Below the pieces are notes generated by a model that was not told where the DNA came from, searched no databases, and worked only from the letters and a program-made list of their open reading frames with translations. A stretch of DNA of 64,000 bases from Eledone cirrhosa (Eukaryota), in contig OZ024755.1 of NCBI GenBank assembly GCA_964016885.1, forward strand, positions 42,904,001-42,968,000, written 5' to 3'. The translations under genes were made by a program, and so were the position numbers. Each line of letters opens with the position of its first letter. The stretch's first letter is position 1. Shown piece by piece: positions 39,611 through 54,400 of the stretch.

Positions 39611-42600
39611 GCCATAACCACCTCCACACCCAGCACCCTCACAATCACACACAGCCCATAACCACCTCCACACCCAACGCCCTCACAATCACACACAGCC
39701 CATAACCACCTCCACACCCAACACCCTCACCATCACACACAGCCCATAACCACCTCCACACCCAAGACCCTCACCATCACACACAGCCCATAACCACCTC
39801 CACACCCAACACCCTCACCATCACACACAGCCCATAACCACCTCCACACCCAGCACCCTCACCATCACACACAGCCCATAACCACCTCCACACCCAGCAC
39901 CCTCACCATCACACAGAGCCCATAACCACCTCCACACCTAACACCCTCACCATCACACACAGCCCATAACCAACCCCACACCCAGCACCCTCACCATCAC
40001 ACACAGCCCATAACCACCTCCACACCCAGCACCCTCACCATCACACAGAGCCCATAACCACCTCCACACCTAACACCCTCACCATCACACACAGCCCATA
40101 ACCACCCCCACACCCAGCACCCTCACCATCACACACAGCCCATAACCAACTCCACACCAAACACCCTCACCATCACACACAGCCCATAACCACCTCCACA
40201 CCCAATACCCTCACCATCACACACAGCACATAACCACCTCCACACCTAGCACCCTCACCATCACACACAGCCCATAACCACCTCCACACCCAACACCCTC
40301 ACCATCACACACAGCCCATAACCACCTCCACACCTAGCACCCTCACCATCACACACAGTCCATAACCACCTCCACACCCAACACCCTCACCATCACACAC
40401 AGCCCATAACCACCTCCACACCCAGCACCCTTACCATCACACACAGCCCATAACCACCTCCACACCCAACACCCTCACCATCACACACAGCCCATAACCA
40501 CCTCCACACACAACACCCTCACCATCACACACAGCACATAACCACCTCCACACCCACCACCCTCACCATCACACACAGCCCATAACCACCTCCACACCCA
40601 GCACCCTCACCATCACACACAGCAATTAACCACCTCCACACCCAGCACCCTCACCATCACACACAGCCCATAACCACCTCCACACCCAGCACCATCACCA
40701 TCACACACAGCCCATAACCACCGCCACACCCAGCACCCTTACCATCACACACAGCCCATAACCACCTCCACAGCCAACATCCTCACCATCACACACAGCC
40801 CATAACCACCTCCACACACAACACCCTCACCATCACACACAGCACATAACCACCTCCACACCCACCACCCTCACCATCACACACAGCCCATAACCACCTC
40901 CACACCCAGCACCCTCACCATCACACACAGCCCATAACCACCTCCACACCCAAAACCCTCACCATCACACACAGCCCATAACCACCTCCACACCCAAAAC
41001 CCTCACTATCACACACAGCCCATAACCACCTCCACACCCAACACCCTCAACATGACACACAGCCCATAACCACCTCCACACCCAGCACCCTCACCATCAC
41101 ACACAGCACATAACCACCTCCACACACACCACCCTCACCATCACACACAGCCAATAACCACCTCCACACCCAACACCCTCACCATCACACACAGCCCATA
41201 ACCACCTCCACACCCAACACCCTCACCATCACACACAGCACATTACCACCTCCACACCCAACACCCTCACCATCACACACAGCCCATAACCACCTCCACA
41301 CCTAACACCCTCACCATCACACACAGCCCATAACCACCTCCACACCCAACAGCCTCACCATCACACAGAGCCCATAACCACCTCCACACCCAGCACCCTC
41401 ACCATCACACACAGCCCATAAACACCTCCACACCCAGCACCCTGACCATCACACAGCCCATAACCACCTCCAGTCCCAACACCCTCACCATCACACACAG
41501 CCCATAACCAACTCCACACCAAACACCCTCACCATCACACACAGCCCATAACCCCCTCCACACCCAACACCCTCACCATCACACACAGCCCATAACCACC
41601 TCCACACCCAACACCCTCACCATCACACACAACCCATAACCACCTCCACACCCAACACCCTCACCATCACACACAGCCCATAACCACCTCCACACCCAGC
41701 ACCCTCACCATCACACACAGCCCATAACCATCTCCACACCCAACAGCCTCACCATCTCACACAGCCCATAACCACCTCCACACCCAACACCCTCACCATC
41801 ACACACAGCCCATAACCACCTCCACACGCAGCACCCTCACCATCACACACAGCCCATAACCACCTGCACACACAGCCCATAACCACCTCCACACCCAATA
41901 GCCTCACCATCACACAGAGCCCATAACCACCTCCACACCCAGCACCCTCACCATCACACACAGCCCATAACCACCTCCACACCCAACAACATCACCATCA
42001 CACACAGCCCATAACCACCTCCAGACCCAACACCCTCACCATCCACACAGCCCATAACCACCTCCACACCCAACACCCTCACCATCACACACAGCACATA
42101 ACCACCTCCACACCCAACACCCTCACCATCACACACAGCCCATAACCACCTCCACACCCAACACCCTCACCATCACACACAGCCCATAACCAACTCCACA
42201 CCCAGCACCCTCACCATCACACACAGCCCATAACCACCTCCACACCCAACACCCTCACCATCACACACAGCCCATAACCACCTCCACACCCAGCACCCTC
42301 CCATCACACACAGCCCATAACCACCTCCACACCCAATACCCTCACCATCACACACAGCCCATAACCATCTCCACACCCAGCACCCTCACCATCACACACA
42401 GCCCATAACCACCGCCACACCCAGCACCCTCACCATCACACACAGCCCATAACCACCTCCACACCCAACACCCTCACCATCACACACAGCCCATAACCAC
42501 CTCCACACCCAGCACACTCACCATCACACACAGCCCATAACCACCTTCACACACAGCCCATAACCACCTCCACACCCAGCACCCTCACCATCACACACAG

Positions 42601-45600
42601 CCCAAAACCACCTCCACACCCAACACCCTCACCATCACACACAGCCCATAACCACCTCCACACCCAACACCCTCACCATCACACACAGCCCATAACCACC
42701 TCCACACCCAGCACCCTCACCATCACACACAGCACATAACCACCTCCACACACACCACCCTCACCATCACACACAGCCAATAACCACCTCCACACCCAAC
42801 ACCCTCACCATCACACACAGCCCATAACCACCTCCACACCCAACACCCTCACCATCACACACAGCACATTACCACCTCCACACCCAACACCCTCACCATC
42901 ACACACAGCCCATAACCACCTCCACACCTAACACCCTCACCATCACACACAGCCCATAACCACCTCCACACCCAACAGCCTCACCATCACACAGAGCCCA
43001 TAACCACCTCCACACCCAGCACCCTCACCATCACACACAGCCCATAAACACCTCCACACCCAGCACCCTGACCATCACACAGCCCATAACCACCTCCAGT
43101 CCCAACACCCTCACCATCACACACAGCCCATAACCAACTCCACACCAAACACCCTCACCATCACACACAGCCCATAACCCCCTCCACACCCAACACCCTC
43201 ACCATCACACACAGCCCATAACCACCTCCACACCCAACACCCTCACCATCACACACAACCCATAACCACCTCCACACCCAACACCCTCACCATCACACAC
43301 AGCCCATAACCACCTCCACACCCAGCACCCTCACCATCACACACAGCCCATAACCATCTCCACACCCAACAGCCTCACCATCTCACACAGCCCATAACCA
43401 CCTCCACACCCAACACCCTCACCATCACACACAGCCCATAACCACCTCCACACGCAGCACCCTCACCATCACACACAGCCCATAACCACCTGCACACACA
43501 GCCCATAACCACCTCCACACCCAATAGCCTCACCATCACACAGAGCCCATAACCACCTCCACACCCAGCACCCTCACCATCACACACAGCCCATAACCAC
43601 CTCCACACCCAACAACATCACCATCACACACAGCCCATAACCACCTCCAGACCCAACACCCTCACCATCCACACAGCCCATAACCACCTCCACACCCAAC
43701 ACCCTCACCATCACACACAGCACATAACCACCTCCACACCCAACACCCTCACCATCACACACAGCCCATAACCACCTCCACACCCAACACCCTCACCATC
43801 ACACACAGCCCATAACCAACTCCACACCCAGCACCCTCACCATCACACACAGCCCATAACCACCTCCACACCCAACACCCTCACCATCACACACAGCCCA
43901 TAACCACCTCCACACCCAGCACCCTCCCATCACACACAGCCCATAACCACCTCCACACCCAATACCCTCACCATCACACACAGCCCATAACCATCTCCAC
44001 ACCCAGCACCCTCACCATCACACACAGCCCATAACCACCGCCACACCCAGCACCCTCACCATCACACACAGCCCATAACCACCTCCACACCCAACACCCT
44101 CACCATCACACACAGCCCATAACCACCTCCACACCCAGCACACTCACCATCACACACAGCCCATAACCACCTTCACACACAGCCCATAACCACCTCCACA
44201 CCCAGCACCCTCACCATCACACACAGCCCAAAACCACCTCCACACCCAACACCCTCACCATCACACACAGCCCATAACCACCTCCACACCCAACACCCTC
44301 ACCATCACACACAGCCCATAACCACCTCCACACCCAGCACCCTCACCATCACACACAGCCCATAACCACCACCACACCTAGCACCCTCACCATCACACAC
44401 AGCCCATAACCACCTCCACACCCAACACACTCACCATCACACACAGCACATAACCACCCCCACACCCAGCACCCTCACCATCACACACAGCCCATAACCA
44501 CCTCCACACCCAACACCCTCACCATCACACACAGACCATAACCATCCCCACACCCAACACCCTCACCATCACACACAGCCCATAACCACCTCCACACCTA
44601 GCACCCTCACCATCACACACAGCCCATAACCACCCCCACACCCAACACCCTTACCATCACACACAGCCCATAACCACCTCCACACCCATCACCCTCACCA
44701 TCACACACAGCCCATAACCACCTCCACACCCAACACCCTCACCATCACACACAGCCCATAACCACCTCCACACCCAACACCCTTACCATCACACACAGCC
44801 CATAACCACCTCCACACCCAACACCCTTACCATCACACACAGCCCATAACCACCTCCACACCCAACACCCTCACCATCACACACAGCCCATAACCACCTC
44901 CACACCCAACACCCTTACCATCACACACAGCCCATAACCACCTCCACACCCAACACCCTTACCATCACACACAGCCCATAACCACCTCCACACCCAACAC
45001 CCTCACCATCACACACAGCCCATAACCACCTCCACACCCATCACCCTCACCATCACACACAGCCCATAACCACCTCCACACCCAACACCCTCACCATCAC
45101 ACACAGCCCATAACCACCTCCACACCCAACACCCTTACCATCACACACAGCCCATAACCACCTCCACACCCAACACCCTCACCATCACACACAGCCCATA
45201 ACCACCTCCACACCCAACACCCTTACCATCACACACAGCCCATAACCACCTCCACACCCAACACCCTTACCATCACACACAGCCCATAACCACCTCCACA
45301 CCCAACACCCTCACCATCACACACAGCCCATAACCACCTCCACACCCAGCACCATCACCATCACACACAGCCCATAACCACCTCCACACCCAGCACCCTT
45401 ACCATCACACACAGCCCATAACCACCTCCACAGCCAACATCCTCACCATCACACACAGCCCATAACCACCTCCACACACAACACCCTCACCATCACACAC
45501 AGCACATAACCACCTCCACACCCACCACCCTCACCATCACACACAGCCCATAACCACCTCCACACCCAGCACCCTCACCATCACACACAGCCCATAACCA

Positions 45601-48600
45601 CCTCCACACCCAAAACCCTCACCATCACACACAGCCCATAACCACCTCCACACCCAACACCCTCAACATGACACACAGCCCATAACCACCTCCACACCCA
45701 GCACCCTCACCATCACACACAGCACATAACCACCTCCACACACACCACCCTCACCATCACACACAGCCAATAACCACCTCCACACCCAACACCCTCACCA
45801 TCACACACAGCCCATAACCACCTCCACACCCAACACCCTCACCATCACACACAGCCCATAACCACCTCCACACCCAACACCCTCACCATCACACACAGCC
45901 CATAACCACCTCCACACCCAACACCCTCACCATCACACACAGCCCATAACCACCTCCACACCCAGCACCCTCACCATCACACACAGCCCATAACCACCAC
46001 CACACCCAACACCCTCACCATCACACACAGCCCATAACCACCTCCACACCCAACACCCTCACCATCACACACAGCCCATAACCACCTCCACACCCAACAG
46101 CCTCACCATCACACAGAGCCCATAACCACCTCCACACCCAGCACCCTCACCATCACACACAGCCCATAAACACCTCCACACCCAGCACCCTGACCATCAC
46201 ACAGCCCATAACCACCTCCAGTCCCAACACCCTCACCATCACACACAGCCCATAACCCCCTCCACACCCAACACCCTCACCATCACACACAGCCCATAAC
46301 CACCTCCACACCCAACACCCTCACCATCACACACAACCCATAACCATCTCCACACCCAACAGCCTCACCATCTCACACAGCCCATAACCAACTCCACACC
46401 CAACACCCTCACCATCACACACAACCCATAACCACCTCCACACCCAGCACCCTCACCATCACACACAGCACATAACCACCCCCACACCCAACACCCTCAC
46501 CATCACACAGCCCATAACCACCTCCACACCCAGCACCCTCACCATCACACACAGCACATAACCACCTCCACACCCAACACCCTCACCATCACACACAGCA
46601 CATAACCACCTCCACACCCAGCACCCTCACCATCACACACAGCCCATAACCACCTCCACACCGAGCACCCTCACCATCACACGCAGCACATAACCACCTC
46701 CACACCCAACACCCTCACCATCAGACACAGCCCATAACCACCTCCACACCCAGCACCCTCACCATCACACACAGCACATAACCATCTCCACACCCAACAC
46801 CCCCACCATCACACACAGCCCATAACCACCTCCACACCCAACACCCTCACCATCACACACAGCCCATAACCACCTCCACACCCAGCACCCTCACCATCAC
46901 ACACAGCCCATAACCACCTTCACACCCAGCACCCTCACCATCACACACAGCCCATAACCACCTCCACACCCAGCACCCTCACCATCACACACAGCCCATA
47001 ACCAGCTTCACACCCAACACCCTCACCATCACACACAGCCCATAACCACCTCCACACCCAACACCCTCACCATCACACACAGCCCATAACCACCTCCACA
47101 CCCAACACCCTCACCATCACACACAGCCCATAACCACCTCCACACCCAACACCCTTACCATCACACACAGCCCATAACCACCTCCACACCCAACACCCTC
47201 ACCATCACACACAGCCCATAACCACCTCCACACCCAACACCATTACCATCACACACAGCCCATAACCACCTCCACACCCAACACCCTTACCATCACACAC
47301 AGCCCATAACCACCTCCACACCCAACACCCTTACCATCACACACAGCCCATAACCACCTCCACACCCAACACCCTCACCATCAGACACAGCCCATAACCA
47401 CCTCCACACCCAGCACCCTCACCATCTCACACAGCCCATAATCACCTCCACACCCAACACCCTTACCATCACACACAGCTCATAACCACCTCCACACCCA
47501 ACACCCTCAACATCACACACAGCCCATAACCACCTCCACACCCAGCACCCTCACCATCACACACAGCCCATAACCACCTCCACACCCAGCACCCTCACCA
47601 TCACACACAGCCCATAACCACCTCCAAACCCAACACCCCCACCATCACACACAGCACATAACCACCTCCACACCCAACACCCCCACCATCACACACAGCC
47701 CATAACCACCTTCACACCCAGCAGCCTCACCATCACTCACAGCCCATAACCACCTCCACACCCAGCACCCTCACCATCACACACAGCCCATAACCACCTC
47801 CACACCTAACACCCTCACCATCACACACAGCCCATAACCACCTCCACACCCAGCACCCTCACCATCACACACAGCCCATAACCACCTCCACACCCAACAC
47901 CCCCACCATCACACACAGCACATAACCACCTCCACACCCAACACCATCACACACAGCCCATAACCACCTCCACACCCAACACCCTTACCATCACACACAG
48001 CCCATAACCACCTCCACACCCAACACCCTTACCATCACACACAGCCCATAACCACCTCCACACCCAGCACCCTCACCATCACACACAGCCCATAACCACC
48101 TCCACACCCAGCACCCTCACCATCACACACAGCCCATAACCACCTCCACACCCAACACCCCCACCATCACACACAGCCCATAACCACCTCCACACCCAAC
48201 ACCCTCACCATCACACACAGCCCATAACCACCTCCACACCCAGCACACTCACCATCACACACAGCCCATAACCACCTTCACACCCAGCACCCTCACCATC
48301 ACACACAGCCCATAACCACCTCCACACCCAACACCCTCACCATCACACACAGCCCATAACCACCTCCACACCCAACACCCTCACCATCACACACAGCCCA
48401 TAACCACCTCCACACCCAACACCCTCACCATCACACACAGCCCATAACCACCTCCACACCCAACACCCTCACCATCACACACAGCCCATAACCACCTGCA
48501 CACCCAACACCCTTACCATCACACACAGCCCATAACCACCTTCACACCCAGCACCCTCACCATCACACACAGCCCATAACCACCTCCACACCCAACACCC

Positions 48601-51430
48601 TCACCATCACACACAGCCCATAACCACCTCCACACCCAACACCCTTACCATCACACACAGCCCATAACCACCTCCACACCCAGCACCCTCACCATCACAC
48701 ACAGCCCATAACCACCTCCACACCCAACACCCTCACCATCACACACAGCCCATAACCACCTCCACACCCAACACCCTCACCATCACACACAGCCCATAAC
48801 CACCTCCACACCCAGCACCCTCCCCATCACACACAGCCCATAACCACCTCCACACCCAACACCCTCACCATCACACACAGCCCATAACCACCTCCACACC
48901 CAACACCCTCACCATCACACACAGCCCATAACCCCCTCCACACCCAACACCCTCACCATCACACACAGCCCATAACCACCTCCACACCCAACACCCTCAC
49001 CATCACACACAGCCCATAACCTCATCCACATCCAACACCCTCACCATCACACACAGCCCATAACCACCCCCACACCCAACACCCTCACCATCACACACAG
49101 CCCATAACCCCCTCCACACCCAACACCCTCACCATCACACACAGCCCATAACCACCTCCACACCCAACACCCTCACCATCACACACAGCCCATAACCACC
49201 TCCACACCCAGCACCCTCACCATCACACACAGCCCATAACCACCTCCAAACCCAACACCCCCACCATCACACACAGCACATAACCACCTCCACACCCAAC
49301 ACCCCCACCATCACACACAGCCCATAACCACCTTCACACCCAGCAGCCTCACCATCACTCACAGCCCATAACCACCTCCACACCCAGCACCCTCACCATC
49401 ACACACAGCCCATAACCACCTCCACACCTAACACCCTCACCATCACACACAGCCCATAACCACCTCCACACCCAGCACCCTCACCATCACACACAGCCCA
49501 TAACCACCTCCACACCCAACACCCCCACCATCACACACAGCACATAACCACCTCCACACCCAACACCATCACACACAGCCCATAACCACCTCCACACCCA
49601 ACACCCTTACCATGACACACAGCCCATAACCACCTCCACACCCAACACCCTTACCATCACACACAGCCCATAACCACCTCCACACCCAGCACCCTCACCA
49701 TCACACACAGCCCATAACCACCTCCACACCCAGCACCTTCACCATCACACACAGCCCATAACCACCTCCACACCCAACACCCCCACCATCACACACAGCC
49801 CATAACCACCTCCACACCCAACACCCTCACCATCACACACAGCCCATAACCACCTCCACACCCAGCACACTCACCATCACACACAGCCCATAACCACCTT
49901 CACACCACGACCCTCACCATCACACACAGCCCATAACCACCTCCACACCCAACACCCTCACCATCACACACAGCCCATAACCACCTCCACACCCAACACC
50001 CTCACCATCACACACAGCCCATAACCACTTCCACACCCAACGCCCTCACCATCACACACAGCCCATAACCACCTCCACACCCAACACCCTCACCATCACA
50101 CACAGCCCATAACCACCTGCACACCCAACACCCTTACCATCACACACAGCCCATAACCACCTTCACACCCAGCACCCTCACCATCACACACAGCCCATAA
50201 CCACCTCCACACCCAACACCCTCACCATCACACACAGCCCATAACCACCTCCACACCCAACACCCTTACCATCACACACAGCCCATAACCACCTCCACAC
50301 CCAGCACCCTCACCATCACACACAGCCCATAACCACCTCCACACCCAACACCCTCACCATCACACACAGCCCATAACCACCTCCACACCCAACACCCTCA
50401 CCATCACACACAGCCCATAACCACCTCCACACCCAGCACCCTCCCCATCACACACAGCCCATAACCACCTCCACACCCAACACCCTCACCATCACACACA
50501 GCCCATAACCACCTCCACACCCAACACCCTCACCATCACAGACAGCCCATAACCCCCTCCACACCCAACACCCTCACCATCACACACAGCCCATAACCAC
50601 CTCCACACCGAACACCCTCACCATCACACACAGCCCATAACCTCATCCACATCCAACACCCTCACCATCACACACAGCCCATAACCACCTCCACACCCAA
50701 CACCCTCACCATCACACACAGCCCATAACCCCCTCCACACCCAACACCCTCACCATCACACACAGCCCATAACCACCTCCACACCCAACACCCTCACCAT
50801 CACACACAGCCCATAACCACCTCCACACCCAACACCCTCACCATCACACACAGCCCATAACCCCCTCCACACCCAACACCCTCACCATCACACGCAGCCC
50901 ATAACCACCTCCACACCCAACACCCTCACCATCACACACAGCCCATAACCACCTCCACACCCAACACCCTCACCATCACACACAGCCCATAACCACCTCC
51001 ACACCCAACACCCTCACCATCACACACAGCCCATAACCCCCTCCACACCCAACACCCTCACCATCACACACAGCCCATAACCACCTCCACACCCAACAGC
51101 CTCACCATCACACACAGCCCATAACCTCCCCCACACCCAACACCCTCACCATCACACACAGCCCATAACCACCTCCACACCGAGCACCCTCACCATCACA
51201 CACAGCCCATAACCACCCCCACACCCAACACCCTCACCATCACACACAGCCCATAACCACCACCACACCCAGCACCCTCACCATCACACACAGCCCATAA
51301 CCACCTCCACACCCAGCACCCTCCCCATCACACACAGCCCATAACCTCATCCACATCCAACACCCTCACCATCACACACAGCCCATAACCACCTCCACAC
51401 CCAACTCCATCACCATCACACACAGCCCAT
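39611..51430 (-). repeat. 44-bp satellite, left block (C/A-rich on + strand), ~270 units
   Basis: Unit CACACAGCCCATAACCACCTCCACACCCAACACCCTCACCATCA; period 39661->39705. Confidence 0.98.
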
Positions 51431-54400
51431 GGTGGGTGTGGAGGTGGTTATGTGCTGTGTGTGATGGTGAGGGTGCTGTGTGTGGAGGTGGTTATGGGCT
51501 GTGTGTGATGGTGAGGGTGTTGGGTGTGGAGGTGGTTATGGGCTGTGTGTGATGGTGAGGGTGTTGGTTGTGGGGGTGGTTATGGGCTGTGTGTGATGGT
51601 GAGGGTGTTGGGTGTGGAGATGGTTATGGGCTGTGTGTGATGGTGAGGGTGTCGGGTGTGGGGGTGGTTATGGGCTGTGTGTGATGGTGAGGGTGTTGGG
51701 TGTGGAGGTGGTTATGGGCTGTGTGTGATGGTGAGGGTGTTGGGTGTGTAGGTGGTTATGGGCCGTGTGTGATGGTGAGGGTGCTGGGTGTGGAGGTGGT
51801 TATGGGCTGTGTGTGATGGTGAGGGTGTTGGGTGTGGAGGTGGTTATGTGCTGTGTGTGATGGTGAGAGTGTTGGGTGTGGAGGTGGTTATGGGCTGTGT
51901 GTGATGGTGAGGGTGTTGGGTGTGGTGGTGGTTATGGTCTGTGTGTGATGGTGAGGGTGCTGTGTGTGGAGGTGGTTATGGGCTGTGTCTGATGGTGAGG
52001 GTGCTGGGTGTGGAGGTGGTTATGGGCTGTGTGTGATGGTGAGGGTGTTGGGTGTGGAGGTGGCTATGGGCTGTGTGTGATGGTGAGGGTGTTGGGTGTG
52101 GAGGTGGTTATGGGCTGTGTGTGATGGTGAGGGTGTTGGGTGTGGAGGTGGTTATGGGCTGTGTGTGATGGTGAGGGTGTTGGGTGTGGAGGTGGTTATG
52201 GGCTGTGTGTGATGGTGAGGGTGCTGGGTGTGAAGGTGGTTATGGGTTGTGTGTGATGGTGAGGGTGTTGGGTGTGGAGGTGGTTATGTGCTGTGTATGA
52301 TGGTGGGGGTGTTGGGTGTGGAGCTGATTATGGGCTGTGTGTGAGGGTGCTGGGTGTGGAGGTGATTATGGGCTGTGTGTGATGGTGAGGGTGCTGGGTG
52401 TGGAGGTGGTTATGGGCTGTGTGTGATGGTGTTGGGTGTGGAGGTGGTTATGGGCTGTGTGTGATGGTGAGGGTGTTGGGTGTGGAGGTGGTTATGGGCT
52501 GTGTGTGATGGTGGGGTTGTTGGGTGTGGACGTGGTTATGGGCTGTGTGTGATGGTGAGGGTGCTGGGTGTGGAGGTGATTATGGGCTGTGTGTGATGGT
52601 GAGGGTGCTGGGTGTGGAGGTGGTTATGGGCTGTGTGTGATGGTGAGGGTGTTGGGTGTGGAGGTGGTTATGGGCTGTGTGTGATGGTGAGGGTGCTGGG
52701 TGTGGAGGTGGTTATGGGCTGTGTGTGATGGTGAGGGTGCTGGGTGTGAAGGTGGTTATGGGCTGTGTGTGATGGTGAGGGTGCTGGGTGTGGTGGTGGT
52801 TATGGGCTGTGTGTGATGGTGAGGGTGTTGGGTGTGAAGGTGGTTATGGGCTGTGTGTGATGGTGAGGGTGTTGGGTGTGGAGGTGGTTATGGGCTGTGT
52901 GTGATGGTGAGGGTGTTGGGTGTGGAGGTGGTTATGGGCTGTGTGTGATGGTGAGGGTGCTGGGTGTGGATGTGGTTATGGGCTGTGTGTGATGGTGAGG
53001 GTGCTGGGTGTGGAGGTGGTTATGGGCTGTGTGTGATGGTGAGGGTGTTGGGTGTGGAGGTGGTTATGGGCTGTGTGTGATGGTGAGGGTGCTGGGTGTG
53101 GAGGGGGTTATGGGCTGTGTGTGATGGTGAGGGTGCTGGGTGTGGAGGTGGTTATGGGCTGTGTGTGATGGTGAGGGTGTTAGGTGCGGAGGTGGTTATG
53201 GGCTGTGTGTGATGGTGAGGGTGCTGTGTGTGGAGGTGGTTATGGGCTGTGTGTGATGGTGAGGGTGCTGGGTGTGGAGGTGGTTATGGGCTGTGTGTGA
53301 TGGTGAGGGTGTTGGGTGTGGAGGTGGTTATGGGCTGTGTGTGATGGTGAGGGTGTTGGGTGTGGAGGTGGTTATGGGCTGTGTGTGATGGTGAGGGTGT
53401 TGGGTGTGGAGGTGGTTATGGGCTGTGTGTGATGGTGAGGGTGTTGGGTGTGGAGGTGGTTATGGGCTGTGTGTGATGGTGAGGGTGTTGGGTGTGGAGG
53501 TGGTTATGGGCTGTGTGTGATGGTGAGGGTGCTGGGTGTGAAGGTGGTTATGGGTTGTGTGTGATGGTGAGGGTGTTGGGTGTGGAGGTGGTTATGTGCT
53601 GTGTATGATGGTGGGGGTGTTGGGTGTGGAGCTGATTATGGGCTGTGTGTGAGGGTGCTGGGTGTGGAGGTGATTATGGGCTGTGTGTGATGGTGAGGGT
53701 GCTGGGTGTGGAGGTGGTTATGGGCTGTGTGTGATGGTGTTGGGTGTGGAGGTGGTTATGGGCTGTGTGTGATGGTGAGGGTGTTGGGTGTGGAGGTGGT
53801 TATGGGCTGTGTGTGATGGTGGGGTTGTTGGGTGTGGACGTGGTTATGGGCTGTGTGTGATGGTGAGGGTGCTGGGTGTGGAGGTGATTATGGGCTGTGT
53901 GTGATGGTGAGGGTGCTGGGTGTGGAGGTGGTTATGGGCTGTGTGTGATGGTGAGGGTGTTGGGTGTGGAGGTGGTTATGGGCTGTGTGTGATGGTGAGG
54001 GTGCTGGGTGTGGAGGTGGTTATGGGCTGTGTGTGATGGTGAGGGTGCTGGGTGTGAAGGTGGTTATGGGCTGTGTGTGATGGTGAGGGTGCTGGGTGTG
54101 GTGGTGGTTATGGGCTGTGTGTGATGGTGAGGGTGTTGGGTGTGAAGGTGGTTATGGGCTGTGTGTGATGGTGAGGGTGTTGGGTGTGGAGGTGGTTATG
54201 GGCTGTGTGTGATGGTGAGGGTGTTGGGTGTGGAGGTGGTTATGGGCTGTGTGTGATGGTGAGGGTGCTGGGTGTGGATGTGGTTATGGGCTGTGTGTGA
54301 TGGTGAGGGTGCTGGGTGTGGAGGTGGTTATGGGCTGTGTGTGATGGTGAGGGTGTTGGGTGTGGAGGTGGTTATGGGCTGTGTGTGATGGTGAGGGTGC

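Noticed and set aside
51420-51440. Telomere-telomere fusion site
   Set aside because: Not canonical TTAGGG arrays, and the polarity (C-rich then G-rich) is opposite to an end-to-end fusion
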